Origin: a virus
IMG/VR virus record: IMGVR_UViG_3300035698_023746
Span: 1 to 29,424 of that record
DNA: 29,424 nucleotides
Direction: 5' to 3' (one strand)
Position 1 is the first letter of the stretch, and every line of letters begins with the position of its first letter. Of this stretch, positions 7,625 to 16,344 are shown one piece after another. Position numbers and translations under genes: made by a program. Below the pieces are notes generated by a model, which worked only from the letters and a program-made list of their open reading frames with translations, did not search any database and had not been told where the DNA came from.

Positions 7625-8308
7625 TTAGCTTTTCTCGAAGAAGTCCGCTTTGGTATCGTCCCCTGCGGCAGTGCTGGCATAATAGCCTATAGTGCTCGTC
7701 TCCAACTTACGGGTCATCTCTTGCACTCCCTTACCACTCGCAGCATATTGCAACGCGTTGGTAGCCAGAATGTTGTGGTCTCTTGCAAACTTCGCCACGT
7801 CATGATTCGCACCGATGTAAACGAACGTCCAGTCATGCTCATCTTGATGCTCTTTGATTAAGTCGGCAATTTGCCCGCCATTATAACAGCGAGAACTATT
7901 CTCTTCTCCGTCAGTAAAGATTGTCACTAATACCTTACATGATTGAAAATAATAGCCCAGCTTTTGACTTAGCGCTTTGATTCCATAACCAATTGCGTCA
8001 TAAAGAGCAGTTCCACCGCCAGTCTGATAGGTTTCACCGTTTAAAGGTTGCAGCGCCTCTGGCTTTTCACAAAGAAAAATTGTTTTTACGCCATTTTCCT
8101 CAGGCTTTCTCTTCTCAGCACCCTCATCACCAAACCAACCGCCGCTACTAAACACGATAAGTCCCGCAAAGGATTGAATATCATGCTGTTTGCTGCTATC
8201 TTTGATCGATTGAATTTGAGAGTTGAAAGATTCCATGATGGGTTCCTTTATAGAACACATGGAGCCGCTGGAATCAAGAATGATAAGATTAACTATTGCC
8301 TTATTCAT
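7625..8308 (-). CDS. von Willebrand factor A domain protein
   Basis: MIDAS motif ILDSSGSM, GGTALYDAIG, IFTDGEENSS, FVYIGAN. Start placed at ATG 8308 to avoid overlap; the track starts at 8326. Confidence 0.92.
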   Translation of the reverse strand: MNKAIVNLIILDSSGSMCSIKEPIMESFNSQIQSIKDSSKQHDIQSFAGLIVFSSGGWFGDEGAEKRKPEENGVKTIFLCEKPEALQPLNGETYQTGGGTALYDAIGYGIKALSQKLGYYFQSCKVLVTIFTDGEENSSRCYNGGQIADLIKEHQDEHDWTFVYIGANHDVAKFARDHNILATNALQYAASGKGVQEMTRKLETSTIGYYASTAAGDDTKADFFEKS

Positions 8309-8313
8309 AATAA

Positions 8314-9153
8314 TTACCCTATCCATCCTGCTGGTGGTGTCGCAAAGTCGCTAAACCCTTTTGGGAAAGCAACGGAAGTTTCTTTTGCGCAAAAAACAGG
8401 AACACCCATATCGATGAGCGCCTGACGGCTTGCGTAGAAAATATTCATCTCTCCAAAAAGATCACCCTTTTTGAAATCGACCTCAGTAACTTTCTGGCCT
8501 TTCTTTTGGCCCCAAGTTGTTCCCATGTCAAAGTTTGCTGGCTGTGCCGCGCTTGCGACCAAGCCCTTATTCTCATAGGTTGCTTTACTTCGCGTCTGCC
8601 TTGCACTGCAAGGAGTTCCACCATATCCGCCACTGGCAGAGCCGCTGTAACAATCAGTCGTGGCACCTATCCACCCTCCCGTAACATTCGCTCCCGTAAC
8701 ATTCGCTCCGATCCCAACATTCGCCTCAAAATGCCGATCCTGCCAATCGATAGGTTCTCCCCATACAGGGATCTCCACTTTTTCCTCAAACACTCGAACG
8801 CTTATTACGCCTTCGTTACCACCCTCACCCTGCGATGAAGCGTAGCTGTTGCTTTTGCCCGTGAAGCTGAATGCCCCAACACTGTTGTTGTTATTCTGGA
8901 AACCTTTTAGCTTTACCGTGCTTCTAGGCTCTAATATATAGCCTCCCGATTTGCTTTTCGCGGCCTTGCCGCTGATAACGCTGACACCATCAACTGATAC
9001 GATGGCTAACGCCTTTTGATCTCCATGGTTTTTTATTTCCAGTTCGTATTCCGAGCCTTCTTTGGCTTCGATAAAAACACGACCGTCGTGTGTGTGTTCT
9101 TTCACTTTCCTTCCATTGACCAATACTCTCATTGTGTACTTGTATATATCCAT
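8314..9153 (-). CDS. Conserved hypothetical beta-rich protein, co-transcribed with vWA
   Basis: YELEIKN...VSVDG...GYILEP...GF...FSF...GVISVRVFEE pattern, a Gly-rich linker and FDMGTTWG. AAGGA SD. Confidence 0.8.
   Translation of the reverse strand: MDIYKYTMRVLVNGRKVKEHTHDGRVFIEAKEGSEYELEIKNHGDQKALAIVSVDGVSVISGKAAKSKSGGYILEPRSTVKLKGFQNNNNSVGAFSFTGKSNSYASSQGEGGNEGVISVRVFEEKVEIPVWGEPIDWQDRHFEANVGIGANVTGANVTGGWIGATTDCYSGSASGGYGGTPCSARQTRSKATYENKGLVASAAQPANFDMGTTWGQKKGQKVTEVDFKKGDLFGEMNIFYASRQALIDMGVPVFCAKETSVAFPKGFSDFATPPAGWIG
8676..8709. repeat. 15-bp tandem duplication, in frame (GANVT x2)
   Basis: ctcccgtaacattcg at 8676-8690 and 8691-8705, with a degenerate third copy following. Confidence 0.9.
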
Positions 9154-9191
9154 ATCTACTATTCCTTCATTTTATTTATGACTAGCCTCAC

Positions 9192-9821
9192 TTACTGAGG
9201 ATTTCTCTTCTTGTTTAAATATATCAACTCGATATATTCAAAAAATCTTTTTTCTGGCATATCCATTTTCATTTGATTGATGTCCTTGTGAACCCATTGA
9301 ACATTGCCGACAACGTACCCCTCGCTCGAATCAATCCGATCCAGAGAGGCAGTCGTTTGTCGAGAGCGAACCGTGTCAAATGCTAATTTTAGCCCAGACA
9401 GCGCACACTTCTTGTTTTGCGCCTCGAATAAGTTATCTAAGAATTTTATAGACAATTCAAACTTAACGTCCCTGCGAGCGGCACCAATTTGACACGTAGA
9501 AAAATAATTTTTTGAGATGTTCCCATACCCCTTCCAATGGGAGCTTTGTTCACCTTCTGCGTTTTTTAAACAGCCGCAGCTTTTTCTTTTTCCAGACTTA
9601 ATAAACGCTTGGCGAGCAATAAATTCATTGCCGCAATTACATTTACAAAGCCACAGAACCCCGACCCTTTTCTTAATTCCATGTGGCTTTAATGGTTCAA
9701 GCGGAATAAACTGGCTATTAATTTTTTCTCCAGCTAAAGAATGGTCAATCGCTTTGCGATACCTTTTATCTGTCTTACCTTTGGGCATACCTCTATATAT
9801 ACATATGAACAAGCGGCACAT
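9192..9821 (-). CDS. Free-standing HNH-type (His-Me finger) homing endonuclease
   Basis: WLCKCNCG...KSCGC N-terminal module; CALSG, SLDRIDSSEGYVVGNVQWVHKDINQMK. True start may be MPKGK (9788, AGAGGT SD). Confidence 0.82.
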   Translation of the reverse strand: MCRLFICIYRGMPKGKTDKRYRKAIDHSLAGEKINSQFIPLEPLKPHGIKKRVGVLWLCKCNCGNEFIARQAFIKSGKRKSCGCLKNAEGEQSSHWKGYGNISKNYFSTCQIGAARRDVKFELSIKFLDNLFEAQNKKCALSGLKLAFDTVRSRQTTASLDRIDSSEGYVVGNVQWVHKDINQMKMDMPEKRFFEYIELIYLNKKRNPQ

Positions 9822-9839
9822 ACTGCCGATTTCACTTTT

Positions 9840-9867
9840 ATTATAGGAGAAATGAAACTAAATTCAA
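9840..9867 (-). promoter_or_regulatory. sigma70-like promoter; -35 contains the clpC TGA stop
   Basis: TTGAAT(9867-9862), 16 nt, TATAAT(9845-9840). Confidence 0.75.
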
Positions 9868-12323
9868 CTAGAGATTGAGTGAATGATTTTCTTGTTTTTG
9901 ACAAGCAGCTTGATCTTTGAGCCCTTTTTCATTTTCTTGTCCAAGAAATCAGAGACCAGTTTGTCCTCAACTAAATTTGTTATCTCGCGCCTTACTTCCC
10001 TAGCTCCATATTCGTCGCTGAATCCTGACTTTGCGATATTATTTAAGACCTCACGCGACCAAGACAAGTCAAAGGAATGTTTTTTCAAACGCGCCGCAAT
10101 TTTCGCAAGCTCAAGGCCCACAATTTCTGCACAATCTTTCTCTGACAGGTGATCGAAGCAAAGGATATCGTCGAAACGATTGAGAAACTCTGGCTTAAAT
10201 ACTCCTTTTAATTTCGTAAGCATTTTGCCGCGCTTCTCAGCTTCTTCAGCCTTCTCGTCCCTACCTCCGAACCCAAGGGGATTGTGATTTCCCACGCTTG
10301 CATTCGTTGTCGCAAAGACAATTGCGTCCCTAAAATTCCCTTCCTTGCCGACGTTATCTGTTATGCGACCCTCTTCAAGAACCTGAAGCAAGACTTGGAC
10401 AACGTCTGGGTGAGCCTTCTCTATTTCGTCAAAGAGAACGACCGAATGTGGGTGCTCTCGGATAGATTTGACTAGCCTTCCGCCATCTTCATACCCAACA
10501 TACCCTGATGGGGCGCCAATGAATTTATTCACGTCGATCTTATCTTTGTACTCAGACATATCAAAGTAAATCAAGTTCTTTTCGCTGCCAAATATTTCTG
10601 TCGCGATTATTTTTGCAAGGTATGTTTTGCCGACTCCCGTTGGTCCAGCAAGAAGAAAGCTTCCGATGGGTTTGTGGGGATCTTTGAACGGCGTATTATA
10701 CTTTCTCAAAACTTCCGCGACCGCTTTAACGCTTTCATCTTGACCGATCACAACCCTGGTTAAGATCTTCCCAAGCTTTTTCAGCTTCTCACGCTGAGAG
10801 GTATTAAGATCCGACACGGGAACCCCCGTCCAGTTGCTGACAATCTCTTGAATGTCACTTATTGTTACTTTCTTTGGCTGTGTTTTCTTCTCTGATTCAA
10901 GCTTCAGAAGTCTATTCTGACATTTTCTCCCAGCATCCCTGCATTTTGCCGCCTGTTCAAAGTCATCCTCTACAGCCGCCTTCTTTTTGTCTGCGTTGAT
11001 CTTCTGGATCTTACCTAATAAAGCCTTGCGCTCCTCAGATGTCTCATCGTTAACATCTTCTGATAGTTTCGATTTTGCACCAGCTTCATCAATAATATCA
11101 ATTGCCTTGTCTGGGGATTGACGGTCGGTGATATACCTTTCCGCAAGCTCTGCCGCCATAAGCAGAACCCCATCGTCGTATTTCACCCCATGAAATTTTT
11201 CATAAACACCTTTCAATCCACGGAGAATACTATGAGTTTCCTCAACATCGGGCTCTTCGACTTTAACAGGCTGAAACCTCCGCTCTAAAGCTGAATCCTT
11301 CTCAATATATTTTCGATATTCATCAAGTGTAGTCGCGCCAATACAAGGGAACTCTCCCCGTGCTAAAGCTGGCTTAAGGATATTCGAGGCGTCCATGGTT
11401 CCCTCTGCTGATCCTGCGCCGATAACAGTATGAATCTCATCAAGGAAAACAATTATGCGCCCTTCCGCACGAACAACTTCCTCCATCACGGCTTTTATTC
11501 GCTGCTCAAATTGCCCGCGATAGTTTGTCCCTGCAATCAAAAGACCCAAGTCCAGATTGAAAATCACGCGATCCCTTAACCGCTCTGGCACTTCCCCATT
11601 TACAATTTTTTGAGCAAGCCCTTCAACAATCGCCGTTTTTCCCACGCCTGCCCTTCCGACAAGGACGGGGTTGTTCTTGCGTTTTCGAGAAAGGATGTGA
11701 ATTAGTCGATTGATCTCAAGAGACCTGCCTATCACTGGCTCGCTATCAGAAGATTTAACTCGATTGTTAAGGTTAATCCCATACTTTTCAAGGACTTGTG
11801 AACCGCTTTCCTTTTCCGTCTTTGCTTTGCCCCCCGCAGCAATTTGTTGCATTTTTGGAACCTCGCCAACATTCATTGCCTCCATCAAAGAATTTTTTAA
11901 ACCCTCTATGTTGACATCCAACTCCTTTAACACGCTGCAAGGTATAGATTGTGGTAGGGACAAGATTGCCAAAAGCAAGTGCTCCGTTGCCACGTATTGC
12001 TGTCCTAAGTCCTTGGAGATCTCTTCCGCAACTCTTAGGCATTTCCTAGAAGTTGGACTGTAGTCTAGGTCCGCACCATCCTCGCCCTCACCCTCAGGTA
12101 ATTTCTTCTTTGGTTTCGACCGAAGAGAGACCTGATCCATGAGTGACTCTTGGTCCATCCCAGCCTGCGTAAAAACCTTTGCCGCGACCCCTTGATTCAT
12201 CCTGAGAATCGCAAGGAACAAATGCTCCGACCCTATATGCTCAGAGTGGAGACGATTCGCTTCATACCTTGCGTTCTCGATTATTCGCCGCGCTCTTGGC
12301 GTTAAGTTTGATTTTTTTTCCAT
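9864..12323 (-). CDS. clpC: ClpC-type Hsp100 AAA+ unfoldase
   Basis: Two Clp-N repeats; [14 protein letters not shown]; short coiled-coil middle domain; [14 protein letters not shown]; LGF ClpP-docking loop (NPLGFG); KPEFLNRFD. Confidence 0.9.
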   Translation of the reverse strand: MEKKSNLTPRARRIIENARYEANRLHSEHIGSEHLFLAILRMNQGVAAKVFTQAGMDQESLMDQVSLRSKPKKKLPEGEGEDGADLDYSPTSRKCLRVAEEISKDLGQQYVATEHLLLAILSLPQSIPCSVLKELDVNIEGLKNSLMEAMNVGEVPKMQQIAAGGKAKTEKESGSQVLEKYGINLNNRVKSSDSEPVIGRSLEINRLIHILSRKRKNNPVLVGRAGVGKTAIVEGLAQKIVNGEVPERLRDRVIFNLDLGLLIAGTNYRGQFEQRIKAVMEEVVRAEGRIIVFLDEIHTVIGAGSAEGTMDASNILKPALARGEFPCIGATTLDEYRKYIEKDSALERRFQPVKVEEPDVEETHSILRGLKGVYEKFHGVKYDDGVLLMAAELAERYITDRQSPDKAIDIIDEAGAKSKLSEDVNDETSEERKALLGKIQKINADKKKAAVEDDFEQAAKCRDAGRKCQNRLLKLESEKKTQPKKVTISDIQEIVSNWTGVPVSDLNTSQREKLKKLGKILTRVVIGQDESVKAVAEVLRKYNTPFKDPHKPIGSFLLAGPTGVGKTYLAKIIATEIFGSEKNLIYFDMSEYKDKIDVNKFIGAPSGYVGYEDGGRLVKSIREHPHSVVLFDEIEKAHPDVVQVLLQVLEEGRITDNVGKEGNFRDAIVFATTNASVGNHNPLGFGGRDEKAEEAEKRGKMLTKLKGVFKPEFLNRFDDILCFDHLSEKDCAEIVGLELAKIAARLKKHSFDLSWSREVLNNIAKSGFSDEYGAREVRREITNLVEDKLVSDFLDKKMKKGSKIKLLVKNKKIIHSISS

Positions 12324-12327
12324 CTTT

Positions 12328-12945
12328 TTATTTAAATAAAAATTGTTTCCACTCTTCTTTCATCTCACCATCCCTAACATGGAGGATTAAAGGCCATTTT
12401 TTGATCTTCTCCTCTAGTTTTACACCATCCGCATCAAAATAGGGGTGAATGTCTGCTTTTCTAGAGTTACATCTCTTGCAGGTTGGCAAGACATTGTATG
12501 ACTCCGCGGGCCCGCCCTTGCTTCGTGGGAAAACGTGCTCGATAGTCATATTTCTCAACTTTGTTTTCTCACCGCAGATCTGACACCTGTTGTTATAATA
12601 CGAGGAAAGCCTTGACAAGGGAATTTTTCCCGCTCTTGGTTTATAGAAAAAGGTGCTTGTCGTAACACCAACAAATGGAATTGGCCACTCTGTATGAGCA
12701 CTCTTTAAGCATGGCTGATGATCGGGGAAGATAGGTAAGTCCACCTCTTTGCTCTGCGGTAAAGATGGAAACCAACTATTTGCCGAACTCCAAGTCCCAA
12801 GGTGGGTATTTCCAAACTGGTCAAGGGCTTTCATTCTTCCACAAAGCATGTGACTCATCGCTACCCGTGCTGCGACAACCCTTAAAGGCATCCATCCCGT
12901 GTTGAGAATTAAAGTCGTTTTTTCTGTTGCTTTTACCTGAATCAT
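12328..12945 (-). CDS. HNH endonuclease (McrA/HNH_5-like)
   Basis: LILNTGWMPL N-terminus; CQICG...TIEHVFPRSKGG...NVLPTCKRCNSRK. Confidence 0.9.
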   Translation of the reverse strand: MIQVKATEKTTLILNTGWMPLRVVAARVAMSHMLCGRMKALDQFGNTHLGTWSSANSWFPSLPQSKEVDLPIFPDHQPCLKSAHTEWPIPFVGVTTSTFFYKPRAGKIPLSRLSSYYNNRCQICGEKTKLRNMTIEHVFPRSKGGPAESYNVLPTCKRCNSRKADIHPYFDADGVKLEEKIKKWPLILHVRDGEMKEEWKQFLFK

Positions 12946-12952
12946 CTTAGCA

Positions 12953-12980
12953 ATCCTACGAGATTCTTGCTTCGCGTCAA
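12953..12980 (-). promoter_or_regulatory. sigma70-like promoter, leaderless geometry
   Basis: TTGACG(12980-12975), 16 nt, TAGGAT(12958-12953), 7 nt, ATG 12945. No SD. Confidence 0.7.
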
Positions 12981-12981
12981 G

Positions 12982-14517
12982 TCAATTCTCGAAATACAAT
13001 GTGAAGTTATGCGGGTTTTGGAACGCAAGCGTATCGAGTTTCATTCCCTGTTTCTCATACTTTCGAACAAAAGATTTTCCGAAATCATTTATAACATCAC
13101 AATTTGGAAATTCTTGCAACCCCATATTGTATTGCCTAACCACCCCTCGGACGCTCGTGACCATGTTAGTATACGAACACTTACAGTAATAAATTTTACG
13201 CTCTGCAATTTTCTTGCCCTCATAGGTAACAGAAACAATCCCCCACTCAGACTCATCGTCCCTTTTCAGATCAGGGAAAACCTTTTCCATTTTTGCCTGA
13301 CTAACTAAAGCATAAATCTTGAAATGGCCCTCTTTTGCATCCCAACCTAACCCATTGATTGGTATATTGTTGCGGGTAAAAAACGAAACGTCAACGCCAC
13401 GCTCTTTTATAATCGCATTGACTTTTTCCGATAGGAAAAGTGGGTGAGCTATACTTCCACACGCCATCCTTCCTGAGTTGACGTGATCCTTTTTTTCGAC
13501 CCTGTGGCTAAAGGTAAAATTGCTGATTCTTGAATCTTCTACCGATGGTTCTCCGTCAAGCTGACAGCAAAGGTCAACGTAGTCAAGCTCTTTTGGAGTT
13601 AGGCACGCTTTCCAATCAAAGAAATTTTTGCAGTGCCAATGAAAATTCTCAAGTCTACGGTTAACAGAAAGCTTTTTCATCGCATGGGTTACTGTAATCT
13701 CCCTGTCGAAAAATTTTGTCTTGATTCCCCAAGATTGATGAATGTCGTGTGAGAATGAGTCATCCACCCCACCCATCTTTATAAACCCAATATTTCCGAA
13801 TGGGTAGGTTGGGATGGGAACCTGAGTGTATCGAAACCTTTTCTCAGGAAACGCAAAGGACAAGGCGTATTTCAAATAGCGCACAAAATCTGGCGCAACA
13901 TAAAAGGTTGGGCATTGAGTTATAATTCTCCCGCCCTTGGATAGAATCTGCGAGCAGCCTATGTAAAAATCGACATCAAAAAGACGCCTTGCTGGACCAA
14001 CAGGGTCTGACAAGTCAAGAATAATTACATCGTATTCCTTTTTGTTTTGCGCTGCACGGTGAACGAAATCAAACCCGTCCTTATTGAAAAAATTGGCCCT
14101 CGAAGAATTCATCGCTTCTGAGATTTTAAAGCTTGACATGTGCCTCTCACACAACCTAACAACATTTATGTTTATTTCGCACCAATCAATCTCGCTGATA
14201 ACGTTAGATGGGTATTTTAAAAGCTCCCTAACGCAGCCACCATCCCCCCCTCCAATTACCAACACTCGCATGTCCTTCGGACTCAACCTTGCAGTCGTTG
14301 CCATCGGCCAGTGAACAATGGTCTCATGATAGACATGCTCATCGAATTCACAGGTTTGGATTTCATCATCCAGAAACAAAGCTCTTCCCAGCCCCTCAAT
14401 GTCTCGAATAGAAACGTCTTCTACCGTCTGAACATCTGATGCCTTGAAGCCCATGGAATGGTTTGTTTGCCCATCTCCTAAGCTGTAGTCTTGATAACGC
14501 CATGTATTATTTTTCAT
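12982..14517 (-). CDS. speE: Spermidine synthase (aminopropyltransferase) fused to a ~230-aa unknown C-terminal domain
   Basis: ALFLDDEIQ, VYHE, VLVIGGGDGG, CEIN, DVIILDLSDP in the first ~275 aa. 511 aa total versus ~280-300 aa for ordinary SpeE. Confidence 0.88.
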   Translation of the reverse strand: MKNNTWRYQDYSLGDGQTNHSMGFKASDVQTVEDVSIRDIEGLGRALFLDDEIQTCEFDEHVYHETIVHWPMATTARLSPKDMRVLVIGGGDGGCVRELLKYPSNVISEIDWCEININVVRLCERHMSSFKISEAMNSSRANFFNKDGFDFVHRAAQNKKEYDVIILDLSDPVGPARRLFDVDFYIGCSQILSKGGRIITQCPTFYVAPDFVRYLKYALSFAFPEKRFRYTQVPIPTYPFGNIGFIKMGGVDDSFSHDIHQSWGIKTKFFDREITVTHAMKKLSVNRRLENFHWHCKNFFDWKACLTPKELDYVDLCCQLDGEPSVEDSRISNFTFSHRVEKKDHVNSGRMACGSIAHPLFLSEKVNAIIKERGVDVSFFTRNNIPINGLGWDAKEGHFKIYALVSQAKMEKVFPDLKRDDESEWGIVSVTYEGKKIAERKIYYCKCSYTNMVTSVRGVVRQYNMGLQEFPNCDVINDFGKSFVRKYEKQGMKLDTLAFQNPHNFTLYFEN

Positions 14518-14891
14518 TAATTATTTATCCCTCTCGATATTTCTTTCACGTCAATCTTTTTTGCACAAATTCGTTTCTGAATTGCTGACATAAACTTGCT
14601 GAAATCGTGAGGTCCGCAAACGTGATAGTCTATAAGTGCCTGCCCCAACTCTGGCCACGTATGTATAGAAGCGTGGGACTCTGCTAAGGACAACAAAACT
14701 GTCACACCCTGAGGTGAAAATGACCTTGCCATTCCTCCAAGACAAGTGCTTCCCGCCTCTTCCACTGCAATCAAGAGGGTAGAGTAAAGATCCTTCTCGC
14801 TATTTAATACGCTTTCATCACACCCAAAAACATCAACAAGATAATGCTTGGAAATCGGATTGTGTTTAGATGTTAATTTTTCATCACCCAT
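14517..14891 (-). CDS. speD: S-adenosylmethionine decarboxylase proenzyme (class 1b)
   Basis: KHYLVD, PQGVT, LAE|SHASIHTWPE self-cleavage (pyruvoyl) motif, CG. Adjacent to speE. Confidence 0.92.
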   Translation of the reverse strand: MGDEKLTSKHNPISKHYLVDVFGCDESVLNSEKDLYSTLLIAVEEAGSTCLGGMARSFSPQGVTVLLSLAESHASIHTWPELGQALIDYHVCGPHDFSKFMSAIQKRICAKKIDVKEISRGINN

Positions 14892-16144
14892 TATTTCAAA
14901 TCGCTGAGTTTTAGATAAGCCTTCCTGTCTAAGATAGACAAGTCGCTTAAGAAGATTATATCATTCGAACGAGATCCTTTTGCAATCACAATGTTTCCAT
15001 CCTCTGGCAACACAATCTTCCCATTGGTGGGAGTGTTCCTATCAATCCACTTGTTGAAAGACCAATCATAAAAGATACACTTTAAGCTTGCATCAGAGTC
15101 GTCAAGTGTAAGCTTTAACATATCAGCATTTTTCGCCTTGGACTTGGACCTCTTCACCTCAGATAAGCTTCCGCAGAAAATCCCACGCTCTCTATCCTCC
15201 ATTTTGTCGAACTCACTCAAAGGCTTCAACTCTCTTTGCTCTTCCTTGAGAATCTCAAATAATGAATCACTATAAGAAAAACCTAACAGTTCCTTTTCAA
15301 AGAACCAATTGGCAAGCCTGTTATGCTCCCTATTTCTTTTGTAAATCTCAAGGTATCGAACACTTTTCCGCTGGATGGTTCCCCCATCTTCCTCCATACT
15401 CTGACCCTCAGCTAGGATCTTCCATCTGGTGGGTTTGAAAATCAAAACCTTGCCGCCCTCATCCTTTCGATCCTCTTCTACACAGACTCTAATTAATTCG
15501 AACAGATTGTTGTCGAACTCTCCCGTGAATTGTAAGACGTAACGCTTCTCCCTTGGAGTTAATAGGTTAAAGACTTGCGCCTCCAACACCGCGTAACAGC
15601 GAGGCTTGTCTTGTAAGATGATGGAATTGATTGCTCCTGCTTGAATCAAAGCAGAAAGAGCACCAATAGATATGCCGACTTCTTTTGCAGCGAGAAAAAG
15701 CTCGAACTTGTTTGAGATGGTTTTCCCCTCAACAATATCTCTCAGCTTCTCTACAGTATCATATTTCTTATGACCTATTCCTTTCACTGCTGCCAATCCA
15801 AAACGAATATTCTTCCCCTCAATGGCAAATGCAATTTCACTCTTCAATAAATCAGGAGGTAGAAGCTGGGTTCCAAAATGACTAAGCTCTTTTGTGATCT
15901 TGGATATCTCCAAGTGAGGCTTTGGCTCTTTCAAACTCATGTTCAACAGCGCCAAGAAAAACTCTTTTGGGTAGTTCCACTTAAGGTAAAGCGTCCACGC
16001 GGAAAGGGTTGCGTAAGAAATACTGTGGCTATTGGAAGTTACTAATCCCTCGGCATAAAAATTGTGATTTGAATGTCCAACTTCTAAATCCAAGGTTTTC
16101 TTTTTTCCTATGTTTCTAATCTTTTTAATTTTTGTAGTTCGCAT
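14891..16144 (-). CDS. dnaE: DNA polymerase III alpha C-terminal part, preceded by split intein IntC
   Basis: After a 38-aa IntC: SHSISYATLS...YLK..YP.EF, LLPPDL..S, IRFGLAAVKGIG (HhH), EKELLG, C-terminal OB fold. Confidence 0.95.
   Translation of the reverse strand: MRTTKIKKIRNIGKKKTLDLEVGHSNHNFYAEGLVTSNSHSISYATLSAWTLYLKWNYPKEFFLALLNMSLKEPKPHLEISKITKELSHFGTQLLPPDLLKSEIAFAIEGKNIRFGLAAVKGIGHKKYDTVEKLRDIVEGKTISNKFELFLAAKEVGISIGALSALIQAGAINSIILQDKPRCYAVLEAQVFNLLTPREKRYVLQFTGEFDNNLFELIRVCVEEDRKDEGGKVLIFKPTRWKILAEGQSMEEDGGTIQRKSVRYLEIYKRNREHNRLANWFFEKELLGFSYSDSLFEILKEEQRELKPLSEFDKMEDRERGIFCGSLSEVKRSKSKAKNADMLKLTLDDSDASLKCIFYDWSFNKWIDRNTPTNGKIVLPEDGNIVIAKGSRSNDIIFLSDLSILDRKAYLKLSDLK
16031..16144 (-). 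other. Split intein C-half (IntC, 38 aa)
   Basis: MRTTKIKKIRNIGKKKTLDLEVGHSNHNFYAEGLVTSN|S. Block F (DLEV...NFY), terminal Asn, +1 Ser. Confidence 0.93.
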
Positions 16145-16284
16145 TTTAATATCTCCTTAAATTGACCATCATTAATTTCCGTTTCCCACAATTCGATAAT
16201 TGCCCACCCAAGTTTTTTTAAATACGCTTTTTTCGCCTTGTCTCTCCCAAAATTTCTTTTCTTGTTTTCCCATCTATTATACAT
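16108..16284 (-). pseudogene. Truncated Vsr-like/DUF559-type homing endonuclease remnant between the intein halves
   Basis: 58-aa ORF below the track cut-off: MYNRWENKKRNFGRDKAKKAYLKKLGWAIIELWETEINDGQFKEILKCELQKLKRLET*. It has the RD..K..YL...GW.II.LWE.EI C-terminal signature but lacks the upstream catalytic region. Confidence 0.72.
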
Positions 16285-16344
16285 TTCTCAAAATTATTTA
16301 TTAGTATGGTCTTTGTTAATTCATCTATTTCAAGTTTTCTCATA

